From Parcubacteria group bacterium (GTDB lineage Bacteria; Patescibacteriota; Patescibacteriia; UBA1558; GWA2-36-10), in the NCBI GenBank assembly GCA_003104935.1, contig PQAE01000006.1, forward strand, positions 1,037 through 65,036: 64,000 bases of DNA, given 5' to 3'. This document shows positions 25,963 to 35,669 of this stretch, piece by piece. Each line of letters begins with the position of its first letter. Position 1 is the stretch's first letter. The notes under the pieces are model-generated. The model was not told the origin of the DNA. It searched no databases and saw only the letters and a list, made by a program, of their open reading frames with translations. The position numbers and the translations under genes are program-made.

Positions 25963-28668
25963 TTATATTTTACTTTCGATAATTTTGGCGGGTTTTGTGG
26001 TTTGAGAAAACTTGGCCGACAACCAGAGCGACAAGGGTTTGATTAATTCCGTGAGTAGCATCGCCGAAATAACGACCGAGATTATCAGCAGCCATTCGGA
26101 CCAGCTTAAGGGCGTAGTGCGCAGTACTTCATTGAAAAAAGGATGATAAATAGCCACCAGTTGTAGCAGGACGCCGATGATCACGGAAATATTTAAGTAC
26201 CAATTGCGCCAGGGCCGGCTTTTCAAAATATTTACTTCCAGCGCGCGCACGCTAAAAACATAAAACATTGTTTCCAAAGCCACGGTGGTAAAAGTAACAG
26301 TCCGAGCCAGCACTATGTCTTGACTCTGGGACCAAAAAAACCAGAAAATCCAAAGTGAACTGATGGAGGTAATAAGACTGATCGCTAAGATTAAAAATTT
26401 GCTTTCCCAATCCATAAGACTGGCTGATACTTTCGGCTTTTGATTCATGATCCGCTCCTCTTCCGGCTCCAGAGTCAGAGACAGGGCTGGCAAGCCGTCG
26501 GAGATAATGTTCACCCACAGAATCTGGGCGGTCAGTAATGGCAAGGGCAATCCTACCAATAGACTGGCGATGACTATAATCACCTGAGAAAAACTGTCGG
26601 ACAATAAAAATAAAATCACTTTCTTAATGTTGGCGAAAACGACTCGCCCCTGCTTGACGGCCATGACAATAGTGGAAAAATTATTATCCAGGAGCACCAA
26701 GTCGGCGGTTTCCTTGGCCACATCCGAACCGCTCATCACCGCTACGCCGACGTCGGCCGCTTTGAGCGCCGGTGCGTCATTGACGCCGTCGCCGGTCATA
26801 GAGACCACCTCGCCCCGCTGACGCCAGGCGTTGATGATGCGCAATTTGTCCGCCGGCGTGACCCGGGCATAGACTTTGATATTTTTGATGTCTCTGGCCA
26901 GCCGGGCATCATCCATTTTTAACAATTCTTCTCCGGTAATGACGCTTTCCGGACTCAACTCCCAGCCCAGACTCTGGGCGATGGTGCGGGCGGTATATTT
27001 ATTATCACCGGTGATGATCACCGTACGGATACCAGCCGCCAGTGTCTGCTGTAAAGTTTCCTTTATTTCCAAACGTAAAGGATCAGACAAACCCCAGATG
27101 CCCACAAATATAAAATCGCTTTCCGTCAATTCGCCTGCCAGAAAATCTTTATTTTTACTGACCAGGCGATAGGCCCCGGCTAAAACACGCAAACCCTGCC
27201 GGCTAAACTCCTGCCAGGCCTCGTCAAAATATTTTATTTTTTCCGGACCGAGACGCACATAATCATTGCGGTGCTGATAATACAAACAAAAACCCAATAT
27301 TTTTTCCGGAGCGCCCTTGAGATATTCAATATCCCGCGTCTGATCATAGTGATGGCGCGTAATCATATACTTATACTGCGAATCAAAGGGCAATTCGTTT
27401 TTGCGCGCCCGTTTTTTATCCAAATCCTGCCAATCCAAATGGCGTAGACCAAATAGAAATAGGGCTTTTTCCGTGGGCGTAGCAATCACTTTCCAGAGAT
27501 CCTGAGGCTCCTCACTATTTTCAACAATAGCATTATTACAGAGCAGAGAAATCTGGGAAATTTTGTTTAATTCCTGATCCCACTGCTGATCTTTGAGTGA
27601 ACTGGCCGCCAGATCAAGATGATGGCTGGCTGTAGCCAGCTGAGTAACACGCATCTCACCCTCGGTCAAAGTGCCGGTCTTATCAGTACAGATAACTGTA
27701 GTTGACCCCAAAGTTTCGGCGGAAACCAGGCGGCGGACCAAACCATTGTAGTGCAGGATGCGGCGCATGCCCACGGTCAGTATCATGGTCAAACTGATGG
27801 CCAGCCCCTCCGGTATGGCCGAAACGGCCACGGCCACTGAAATAATGAACATCTCCGGCATGGGATAATTTTTTATCATGCCAAAGACAAACATAACCAG
27901 TGAAACCAGACAAATAACTTTGGTGATACTTTTGGAAAAACTGCTCAATTTTTTTTGCAAAGGAGTCGGATCGTCGGCTGTCTCGGCCAACATGGTGGTG
28001 ATCTGCCCGATTTCGCTTCTGATGCCAGTTTCAGTCACGACTGCCGTGCCCCGGCCGACTACTACCAAGGTACCCATATAAACCATATTAGCCCGCTCGG
28101 CCAGGACCAGACCCGGCGATAATGGTTCTGTTTTCTTCTTTATCGGCCAGGATTCGCCGGTCAGCGAAGCCTCGTTGGTTTCCAGGCCACTCGAGTCAAT
28201 GACGCGGGCATCGGCCGGCACGCGGTCCCCGGACTGCAGATTGATAATATCCCCAGGCACTAACTGACTGGACTCAGTCTTTTTTTCCCGGCCGTCGCGC
28301 CAAACCAGAGTTTCTTTCTTGACGACGCTATTTAATTGCTCCAGAGATCTGTTGGCTTTATACTCCTGGATAAATCCGATTATGACATTGATCAACACTG
28401 CCGCTAAAATCAAGAGGGCATCCACTAAATCACTAAAAAAAACGCTGACTATACTGGCGATAATCAGAATATAGACCAAGGGACTCTTAAATTGGTATAA
28501 AAAAAGGCGAGCAACGGAAAAAGGACGCCTTTTGGCCAAAATATTAAGTCCATATCTGGACCGGCGCTTTTCGGCCTCGGACTCCGTCAAACCCTTAGTA
28601 GTGCTATTTAGATTTTTTAGTGACTGATGAGCACTAAGGGCATGCCAAACTGTTGCTGACTTTACCAT
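25963..28668 (-). CDS. cation-transporting P-type ATPase (P2-type, Ca2+/Mg2+-ATPase-like)
   Basis: 901 aa; DKTGTLT phosphorylation motif, TGDN, GDGVNDAPAL hinge, 10 TM. Confidence 0.85.
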   Translation of the reverse strand: MVKSATVWHALSAHQSLKNLNSTTKGLTESEAEKRRSRYGLNILAKRRPFSVARLFLYQFKSPLVYILIIASIVSVFFSDLVDALLILAAVLINVIIGFIQEYKANRSLEQLNSVVKKETLVWRDGREKKTESSQLVPGDIINLQSGDRVPADARVIDSSGLETNEASLTGESWPIKKKTEPLSPGLVLAERANMVYMGTLVVVGRGTAVVTETGIRSEIGQITTMLAETADDPTPLQKKLSSFSKSITKVICLVSLVMFVFGMIKNYPMPEMFIISVAVAVSAIPEGLAISLTMILTVGMRRILHYNGLVRRLVSAETLGSTTVICTDKTGTLTEGEMRVTQLATASHHLDLAASSLKDQQWDQELNKISQISLLCNNAIVENSEEPQDLWKVIATPTEKALFLFGLRHLDWQDLDKKRARKNELPFDSQYKYMITRHHYDQTRDIEYLKGAPEKILGFCLYYQHRNDYVRLGPEKIKYFDEAWQEFSRQGLRVLAGAYRLVSKNKDFLAGELTESDFIFVGIWGLSDPLRLEIKETLQQTLAAGIRTVIITGDNKYTARTIAQSLGWELSPESVITGEELLKMDDARLARDIKNIKVYARVTPADKLRIINAWRQRGEVVSMTGDGVNDAPALKAADVGVAVMSGSDVAKETADLVLLDNNFSTIVMAVKQGRVVFANIKKVILFLLSDSFSQVIIVIASLLVGLPLPLLTAQILWVNIISDGLPALSLTLEPEEERIMNQKPKVSASLMDWESKFLILAISLITSISSLWIFWFFWSQSQDIVLARTVTFTTVALETMFYVFSVRALEVNILKSRPWRNWYLNISVIIGVLLQLVAIYHPFFNEVLRTTPLSWSEWLLIISVVISAMLLTELIKPLSLWLSAKFSQTTKPAKIIESKI

Positions 28669-28735
28669 GAATATATTATAGCATAAAATATCAAATCACT
28701 TGATAATCTCCACTATTTCCAGTAATATTAAGACT

Positions 28736-30553
28736 ATGTTAATGGAACAAACTATAAAAAAAGTCCTGGTCGATCAGATCAAAAAAACCTTTGGTTTTGG
28801 TCTGACGGCCGAATCATTAAGCTTTGATCGCCCGCCGGATACTAAACTGGGCGACCTGGCTTTTTCTTGTTTTGATCTAGCCAAACAGCTCAAGAAAAAT
28901 CCCGCCGTCGTAGCCGAAGAATTGACCAAAGATTTTAGCGATCACCCATACCTAGAACAAGTCAAAAATTTCGGACCTTATATTAATTTTTTTGTCAGCC
29001 AAAAATACCTGAGTGACAATCTATTTGCAATGACTCGGGATAAAACCTTTGGACAATCCGCCCTTGGCCAAGGCCAAAAAATACTATTGGAATTTTCCGG
29101 ACCAAATACTAACAAGCCACAGCACATCGGTCACCTGCGCAACAATGTCCTGGGCCAAAGTCTGGTTAATATTTTTAAACACTGCGGCTATAAAGTCATT
29201 CCGGTCAATATTATTAATGACCGCGGCATCCATATAGTAAAAAGCATGCTGGCCTGGATGGAATTTGGCCAAGGCGAAACGCCGGCTTCCTCCGGAATCA
29301 AAGGCGACCATCTAGTGGGTAAATATTATGTGCGTTTTGGTCAGGAACTGGCCAAAGAAAAAGAAAAATACTTTACCGACAACAAAATCAATCTGGTAAA
29401 ACTCAGTAATCTGGAACAAAAAGAAGTGGCCGAAAAATTTTTGGCCCAATCACAGTGGATGGCCAAAGCCCGCGCTCTGCTGCTGCGCTGGGAACAGGAT
29501 AATAAGGAAGTAAAAAAACTCTGGAAGACCATGAACTCCTGGGTCTATGACGGCTACAAAGTGACTTACGACCGGCTGGGCATAAAGTTTGATAAAAACT
29601 ATTACGAGAGCGAGACCTATCTACTGGGCAAAGATTTGATAGCCGCGGGCTTGGATAAAAAAATATTTTTTAAAAAAGATGATGGTTCGGTTTGGGTGGA
29701 TCTAAAAGACGAAGGATTGGAAGAAAAACTATTGCTCAGAAGTGATGGTACCTCGGTGTATATGACTCAAGATCTAGGTACCGCCAAAGAACGCTATGAA
29801 GAATACAAGTTTGACCGTGCTATTTACGTCGTGGCTAGCGAACAGGAAAGACATTTTAAGGTCCTGTTTGCGACCTTAAAAAAGCTGGGCTTTGCCTGGG
29901 CGGAAAAACTCTATCACCTTTCCTACGGCATGATGTCTTTACCCAGCGGTAAAATCAAGTCCCGAGAAGGCGTAACCGCTGATGCTGATGATCTGATGGA
30001 TCGGGTGCACCAGAAAGCTAAAGAAGTCATGGCTGCGGCCGAAAAACAAATTACCACCAATGCCCAAGAAGAAGAAAATATAGCCGAAATAGTCGGCTTG
30101 GGCGCATTGAAATTTTTTATGCTCGGCACAACCCCGCAAAAAAATATTATTTTCAAACCGAGCGAATCAATTTCTTTTGACGGCTATACCGGCCCGTTTA
30201 TCCAGTACACGCACGCACGGATCAATAATCTGCTCAAAAAATACGGCAAAAAAATCACCGCCAAATTAAAATCTGATGAAAAGTTTAATACTGAAGAAAA
30301 GGAATTGATCACAACTCTTTTAGATTTTCCTGAAATTATAAAAAAATCTGCTTTGGATTATAATCCGGCGGTGCTTTGCCAATACCTCTTTAACCTGGCT
30401 AAAACCTTTAATAATTTTTACCAAAATCATTCCGTACTCAGCGCTGAAACTGAAGACCTGAAAAAAATGCGCTTACTTTTGTCAGCACAAACAAAAAAAG
30501 TCCTGTTTGACGGACTGGCTTTGCTGGCAATTAATGCGCCGGAAGTGATGTAA
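28736..30553 (+). CDS. argS: arginyl-tRNA synthetase
   Basis: Class I HIGH motif (PNTNKPQHIGHLRN); C-terminal DALR anticodon-binding domain. The track ORF starts at TTG 28700, which coincides with a TTGATA -35 hexamer; ATG 28736/28742 is more likely, but the start is uncertain. Confidence 0.75.
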   Translation: MLMEQTIKKVLVDQIKKTFGFGLTAESLSFDRPPDTKLGDLAFSCFDLAKQLKKNPAVVAEELTKDFSDHPYLEQVKNFGPYINFFVSQKYLSDNLFAMTRDKTFGQSALGQGQKILLEFSGPNTNKPQHIGHLRNNVLGQSLVNIFKHCGYKVIPVNIINDRGIHIVKSMLAWMEFGQGETPASSGIKGDHLVGKYYVRFGQELAKEKEKYFTDNKINLVKLSNLEQKEVAEKFLAQSQWMAKARALLLRWEQDNKEVKKLWKTMNSWVYDGYKVTYDRLGIKFDKNYYESETYLLGKDLIAAGLDKKIFFKKDDGSVWVDLKDEGLEEKLLLRSDGTSVYMTQDLGTAKERYEEYKFDRAIYVVASEQERHFKVLFATLKKLGFAWAEKLYHLSYGMMSLPSGKIKSREGVTADADDLMDRVHQKAKEVMAAAEKQITTNAQEEENIAEIVGLGALKFFMLGTTPQKNIIFKPSESISFDGYTGPFIQYTHARINNLLKKYGKKITAKLKSDEKFNTEEKELITTLLDFPEIIKKSALDYNPAVLCQYLFNLAKTFNNFYQNHSVLSAETEDLKKMRLLLSAQTKKVLFDGLALLAINAPEVM

Positions 30554-30692
30554 AATGATATTCGTTCTAACCTGTCGAGAATTAAATTCAAATAAGTTCT
30601 CGACTCCTCGGGCGTTACCCTCGTCACTCGAACAAATATTTTATACAAGAAGAACCTCCGCTGGATGTGTTTCCCTGCGCTGTTTTTTTAAA

Positions 30693-31508
30693 TTAAGAAC
30701 ATGGAATATAAGCGCAAGGCGGAAACAGCAGGGGCCAATGCGCGCGCAAATAAGTCAGCGCTATAACCGGCAATAGAGAAAAAACAAACGAGATAATAAA
30801 TGAATAAAGGCATTTTTTCCAGGTTTTAACTCTGTTGTCCGGCGCCGGGGGCAAACTGGCTAGCGCCGGAGCAATGATCAGATTATAGACGCTCATCGTG
30901 GGCAAAATCAAAAGTATTGCTCCCCAGAAATCTGTTCTTAAATAAGAAAGTGTTTTCTCGGCGTACAAGCCCCAAAGACCGATGATAAAAAATAAATTTG
31001 CGGATGTATAGCGATACCGCCGGTATAAAAAATACCAGCCAAATATAAAGCCGGTAAAAGCAAAAATGTTGAAAGCCCAAAACTGCAGAATTAATTGTCC
31101 CCAGCCCGTTAAAGATGCCCCGCTATTTAAAGCGTGAACCAGGGCCACCAAAATTTCTTCTGTCAGCACGGCACTGTAGCCCAACAAGACAAATTTGATT
31201 AGCGGGCGCAGTTTCCAATTTAATAAGATGTTACTCAGCTGCTCGCGATACTTCCAGAGCAATATTCCTCCCCCGCCCAACAATAAAATGTAATAGACAA
31301 AGACGATATAATGAGCGACAGAGATAAAATAAAAATTCAGTAATAAAACTGAAATTATAAGCGGAATAATTATTTTTCGGGGAAAAACGTGATTAAAACT
31401 GTAGTTGCCCACAACAATAGTTATAAATTTTAATGGCCTCCGCGCGCTACGAAGCAGCTTTACCTGGTGTGCCACGAGGATGCAAAGCAACTTCACGTGG
31501 CGCGCCAC
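30693..31508 (-). CDS. hypothetical polytopic membrane protein (start uncertain)
   Basis: 271-aa hydrophobic ORF; the first ~25 codons of the track ORF are encoded by the tRNA-fragment repeats, so the true start is probably internal. Confidence 0.35.
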   Translation of the reverse strand: MARHVKLLCILVAHQVKLLRSARRPLKFITIVVGNYSFNHVFPRKIIIPLIISVLLLNFYFISVAHYIVFVYYILLLGGGGILLWKYREQLSNILLNWKLRPLIKFVLLGYSAVLTEEILVALVHALNSGASLTGWGQLILQFWAFNIFAFTGFIFGWYFLYRRYRYTSANLFFIIGLWGLYAEKTLSYLRTDFWGAILLILPTMSVYNLIIAPALASLPPAPDNRVKTWKKCLYSFIISFVFSLLPVIALTYLRAHWPLLFPPCAYIPCS

Positions 31509-31530
31509 GTGGCTGCGCAGCAGCTTTACG
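31455..31530 (-). repeat. three tandem ~28-bp degenerate copies of the tRNA-Lys 3' end plus flank
   Basis: GCAGCTTTACCTGGTGTGCC / GCAACTTCACGTGGCGCGCC / GCAGCTTTACGTGGTGCGCC (the last is the authentic tRNA 3' end). Confidence 0.4.
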
Positions 31531-31607
31531 TGGTGCGCCCAGTAGGATTCGAACCTACGACCGTTTGCTTAAAAGGCAACTGCTCTACCAGGCTGAGCTA
31601 TAGGCGC
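31531..31607 (-). tRNA. tRNA-Lys (anticodon UUU)
   Basis: rc GCGCCTATAGCTCAGCCTGGTAGAGCAGTTGCCTTTTAAGCAAACGGTCGTAGGTTCGAATCCTACTGGGCGCACCA; anticodon loop CTTTTAA; T-loop TTCGAAT; CCA encoded. Confidence 0.8.
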
Positions 31608-31904
31608 ACGAAAAAAATTTGTTTTAAATTTACCCCATTGTGTCTAAAGCAAAAGAGCGAAGCCTGGAAGGCTGCTGTGCCCCGCGAAGCCCCGAACGAA
31701 GTGGGGGGCGAAGTGGGGAGCTATAGGCGCATGAAAATACCATTTAATTATACAGCAAATACGAAAAAAATTATATTGTATTTTGAGTTTTTTGTCAATC
31801 TTTAATATCTAAAAATTATTGTCATAATTGCTAAAAAACCTAAAAAATGATAGCATTTATAAAGAAAATATTATTTGTAAAAGTTTAATAAATAGATAAC
31901 CTTT

Positions 31905-32531
31905 GTGAATAAACTAGTAAGAGTCAATGGTATCTACAAACTGCCTCTAACCGTAAAAGCGGATTGGAGTGGATATTTAGCATTTTCAATTATTTTTGTT
32001 CCCATCTCTTTATTGTGGATTTATATCGCATTTGATAACCCCACTCAAAACTACTGGTTACCGAATTTAATTATAATTTTAGTTTATGGGTTTGTTTTGA
32101 TTTGGTTATTATCTTTCAAAATTATTTTGACCGCCGACGGAATATTCTACAAAACTTTGTTCTCCAAAGGACTTAATATTTACTTTGCCGAAATAAAAAA
32201 AGTAGAAATGGCGATTGGAATGAGTGCGACCGGCGGCGAAAAGACCGATCGTAGATTAAACGGATTTTATAGATTAAATATTTTCACAAATAATGCCAGA
32301 CAACTACGGACGATTAATTTAAGCCCTTTCGGCAAAAGAGATTGGGCGATATTGATTGATACAATAATGACTGCTAATCCAGCGACTGAGTTAGATGTGT
32401 TTTCAAAAAACTTATACAAAAATGATTTTAAACCTATTACACATGAAATCTTAAAAAAATTTTGGCAGTTTGCTCTCTGGTCTTTTTTTATATGTTTAAT
32501 TTTAAGCCTTCTTAGGGGTTTTATGACATAA
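31905..32531 (+). CDS. hypothetical membrane protein
   Basis: 208 aa with N- and C-terminal TM segments; no motif recognised. Confidence 0.4.
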   Translation: MNKLVRVNGIYKLPLTVKADWSGYLAFSIIFVPISLLWIYIAFDNPTQNYWLPNLIIILVYGFVLIWLLSFKIILTADGIFYKTLFSKGLNIYFAEIKKVEMAIGMSATGGEKTDRRLNGFYRLNIFTNNARQLRTINLSPFGKRDWAILIDTIMTANPATELDVFSKNLYKNDFKPITHEILKKFWQFALWSFFICLILSLLRGFMT

Positions 32532-32548
32532 TAAGTAAAAAATGATTT

Positions 32549-32971
32549 ATGCCCACCTGGATTATTTATGCTCTCTTATCGGCCGTCTTTGCCGCCGGCG
32601 TAGCTATCTTTGGCAAGATCGGAATCCAAAATGTGGATTCTACCCTGGCCACTACCGTGCGCTCGGTGATCATGGCCGTTTTTTTGCTCCTAGTTTCTTT
32701 CTCCCTAGGTAAGCTACAATTTGTCACCAGCTTTAATAACCGAACCCTGTCTTTCGTGGTATTGTCCGGTATTAGTGGAGCCCTGTCCTGGCTTTTTTAT
32801 TTTTTTGCTTTAAAAAACGGACCGGCTTCAGGCGTAGCTGCCTTGGATCGCTTGAGCGTAGTCTTTGTACTCATCTTTGCCATTTTGCTTTTGGGCGAGC
32901 ACCTGAGCTGGAAGTCCGGTTTGGGCGCAATACTGCTTACTATCGGCGCTATACTGATGAGTTTGAAATAA
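32549..32971 (+). CDS. EamA-like (DMT superfamily) small membrane transporter
   Basis: 140 aa, 4 TM, typical single EamA/DUF6 repeat composition. Confidence 0.55.
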   Translation: MPTWIIYALLSAVFAAGVAIFGKIGIQNVDSTLATTVRSVIMAVFLLLVSFSLGKLQFVTSFNNRTLSFVVLSGISGALSWLFYFFALKNGPASGVAALDRLSVVFVLIFAILLLGEHLSWKSGLGAILLTIGAILMSLK

Positions 32972-32999
32972 CTTCATCTGTATAAAATTTTCATCAGAC

Positions 33000-33028
33000 T
33001 TGACTGGCCTGTTTTTTTTATATATATT
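33000..33028 (+). promoter_or_regulatory. promoter TTGACT-17-TATATT
   Basis: Consensus spacing; GTG start with AAGGA SD at 33076. Confidence 0.4.
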
Positions 33029-33075
33029 TAGTCATTATTTGTTCGTCCCAATTTCCCTATCCAAAGGATAAAACC

Positions 33076-33351
33076 GTGATTAATTGGCCGTCTTTTTTTC
33101 ACGTCCTGGCTTTGGTCAGCTTTATGGCTGTGATCATCATGCTGGTCTACGTTTTTTTGCCCCGAGAAAATCGGCGCGATGGCAGACTGCATGCCGCAAC
33201 CATCGTCGAATCGATGTTTTGCACTCTCTACGGATGCATCGCTGATGAGCTCGGCGGTCAAAGCCACGTCTGGCTGATCCTATTTCTTTTGCCTTGTTTG
33301 TTCAGTCTAGCTGACCTGGCCTGGCTTTGGCAAAACCGCCAAAGAATATAG
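33076..33351 (+). CDS. small hypothetical membrane protein
   Basis: 91 aa, GTG start, 2-3 TM; own promoter and GCCCACAC/GTGTGGGC terminator. Confidence 0.4.
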   Translation: MINWPSFFHVLALVSFMAVIIMLVYVFLPRENRRDGRLHAATIVESMFCTLYGCIADELGGQSHVWLILFLLPCLFSLADLAWLWQNRQRI

Positions 33352-33374
33352 ACATGACATTTTGCTAGAAACAA

Positions 33375-33405
33375 GCCCACACTTCCCTGAGGTGTGGGCT
33401 TTGCT
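33375..33405 (+). terminator. terminator GCCCACAC-N9-GTGTGGGC + TTTGCT
   Basis: Same stem sequence as the terminator at 33764-33800. Confidence 0.5.
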
Positions 33406-33406
33406 A

Positions 33407-33435
33407 TTGACATAGCTTCGTTTATACCTTATTAT
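33407..33435 (+). promoter_or_regulatory. promoter TTGACA-17-TATTAT
   Basis: Perfect -35, near-perfect -10; RBS GGGGGA before ATG 33480. Confidence 0.45.
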
Positions 33436-33479
33436 TCCTTGTTATTTCGTTCACTTACATTCAACCACTGGGGGATATA

Positions 33480-33746
33480 ATGACAATAGCCGACCTGGTC
33501 TATGCCTTGGCCACGATCAACATCATCTTGGCCTTTTGCTCGGCCTACACTTTTATCAAAGCAAGCCCACACAGCCGGAAAGTGGAAATCAGCTGTCTGG
33601 TATTTCTCTTTCTGGCCTATGGCCTGACCGGCTACAACTGGCGAGAAGCCTCGCAAAACCCTGAAGGCTATGTGATCATCCTACTCATCGCCACTATCTG
33701 CACCATGGTGCTAGCTGTGGCTCCCCGACAATTCATCAAGATCTGA
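33480..33746 (+). CDS. small hypothetical membrane protein
   Basis: 88 aa, 3 TM; cassette-like (promoter + ORF + terminator). Confidence 0.4.
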   Translation: MTIADLVYALATINIILAFCSAYTFIKASPHSRKVEISCLVFLFLAYGLTGYNWREASQNPEGYVIILLIATICTMVLAVAPRQFIKI

Positions 33747-33763
33747 CCTCAGATCTGATTTGC

Positions 33764-33800
33764 GCCCACACTTTACCAAAGGTGTGGGCTTTGCTTTTTG
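33764..33800 (+). terminator. terminator GCCCACAC-N10-GTGTGGGC + TTTGCTTTTT
   Basis: Duplicate of the 33375 terminator stem. Confidence 0.5.
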
Positions 33801-33825
33801 TGCATAAACTGACTATAAATATGCC

Positions 33826-35349
33826 TTGAAAAAAGGCCTGAAATGGGTTAAGCTAACCCTACTAAATACATCCATGCCTATTGGAAAAATTCCCCAACAA
33901 AATCTGGAGGCCGAAGCCAGCCTGCTTGGCGCTTTACTTCTGGACAAGGAAAACATCATTAAAATCGCCGATCTTTTGCATTCGGATGATTTTTATAAAG
34001 ATTCCAACGGTCTGATCTATCAGGCTATTTTGGAATTATACGAAAAACATGACCCTATAGATATCCTCTCGGTCGGCAATAGGCTGATGGAAAAAAAGGA
34101 GTTGGAGGTCTGCGGCGGTAAAACCTATCTGGCCGAGTTGACTGCTTCCGTGCCAAACTCTTCGCATGTTGTTTCCTATGCCGACATTATCCGTAAGAAA
34201 TCCACGCTGAGAAAATTGGAAAGAGCGGCCGCGGAAATCAGCGAGTTTAGTTTTGCTGAAGATCAGGAAGTAGATAAACTACTGGACCAGGCCGAACAAA
34301 AACTATTTAATATTTCCCAGTCTTCGATGAAGAAAAACTTCATCCCCATCCGCAATATTTTAAACGACACTTTTAATCGTATTGATGAACTACATAAGCT
34401 GGGCGGCCGCGGTGTGCGCGGTATCCCTACCGGCTATGATGATCTGGATAAAAAGCTCTCCGGTTTTCAAAACTCCGATTTGATTATTTTGGCCGCCCGT
34501 CCCTCGGTCGGTAAAACTACTTTAGCCCTGGATCTGGTCAGAAGTATCGCCATCAAAGCCAAGGTGCCGGTCGGAATCTTTTCTCTGGAAATGTCCAAAG
34601 AGCAACTGGTGGACAAATTATTGGCCGCCGAGGCCAATGTGGACCTCTGGAAGATGCGTACCGGCCAATTGTCCGACCGCGAAGAAGACGATGACTTTCC
34701 CCGCATCGGCAAAGCCATGGGCGTACTCTCCGAAGCCCCGATTTTTATTGACGACTCCCCTAACCTCAATGCCATGGAAATTCGCACCAAGGCCCGCCGG
34801 CTAAAGATGGAAAACGGCCTGGGCTTTCTGGTGGTCGATTATATCCAACTGATGGAGAGCAGCCGCAAAAGTGAAAACCGCGTGCAGGAAATATCGGAAA
34901 TATCCCGCGCCCTCAAACAAATTGCTCGTGAGCTGGATGTGCCGGTCCTGGCTATCTCCCAGCTGTCCCGCGCCGTGGAAAACCGTTCACCCTCCATCCC
35001 CAAACTGGCCGACTTGCGCGAATCCGGCTCTATCGAGCAGGACGCCGACGTGGTTATGTTTATCTACCGTAAAGCCAAAGATAAAAATTTTCCCAACCTT
35101 TCCGAAGATGAAAAATATCTGGCCGAAATACATATTGACAAACACCGCAACGGACCGACCGGCCTAATCACCCTGTTCTTTGATGAAAATAAAGTCACTT
35201 TCCGCAGTGTGGACAAGGGATATCAGGCGCCGAGCCAGGCGCAAAATAGACCGACCGATCTGGCCAAGCCGGTTTCGGGTGAAGATCTGGCTCAGTCTAT
35301 GCCTGAAGAGCAATTACCGGCACTGGACTGGCAAGCCGAGGCTAAATAA
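33826..35349 (+). CDS. dnaB: replicative DNA helicase
   Basis: 507 aa; N-terminal DnaB domain, Walker A ARPSVGKTTLALD, DnaB C-terminal RecA-like motifs (IQLMESSRKSENR, SQLSRAVE). Confidence 0.85.
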   Translation: MKKGLKWVKLTLLNTSMPIGKIPQQNLEAEASLLGALLLDKENIIKIADLLHSDDFYKDSNGLIYQAILELYEKHDPIDILSVGNRLMEKKELEVCGGKTYLAELTASVPNSSHVVSYADIIRKKSTLRKLERAAAEISEFSFAEDQEVDKLLDQAEQKLFNISQSSMKKNFIPIRNILNDTFNRIDELHKLGGRGVRGIPTGYDDLDKKLSGFQNSDLIILAARPSVGKTTLALDLVRSIAIKAKVPVGIFSLEMSKEQLVDKLLAAEANVDLWKMRTGQLSDREEDDDFPRIGKAMGVLSEAPIFIDDSPNLNAMEIRTKARRLKMENGLGFLVVDYIQLMESSRKSENRVQEISEISRALKQIARELDVPVLAISQLSRAVENRSPSIPKLADLRESGSIEQDADVVMFIYRKAKDKNFPNLSEDEKYLAEIHIDKHRNGPTGLITLFFDENKVTFRSVDKGYQAPSQAQNRPTDLAKPVSGEDLAQSMPEEQLPALDWQAEAK

Positions 35350-35369
35350 CCAATAAACTAAATAAAAAT

Positions 35370-35663
35370 ATGTTCAACAAACTCAAACAAATAAACGATC
35401 TGCGAAAACAGGCCAACACCATCAAGCACGCTCTGGCCGAAGAAGTAATCGAAGTAGAAAATAGAGCCATTAAACTGGTGGTGGACGGCAATCAGGATAT
35501 AAAAAATCTGGAAATCAAGCCGGAATATCTGCACCAGGATAAAAAATCTGACTTGGAAAAAAACATCAAGGACGCTTTTTCCGAAGCACTAAAAAAAGTA
35601 CAGAGAAAAATGGCGTCCAAAATGCAGGATATGGGCGACTTCAAATTACCTAGTTTAAAATAA
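35370..35663 (+). CDS. ybaB: YbaB/EbfC nucleoid-associated protein
   Basis: 97 aa; typical length and position immediately upstream of recR. Confidence 0.7.
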   Translation: MFNKLKQINDLRKQANTIKHALAEEVIEVENRAIKLVVDGNQDIKNLEIKPEYLHQDKKSDLEKNIKDAFSEALKKVQRKMASKMQDMGDFKLPSLK

Positions 35664-35669
35664 TCTGCT

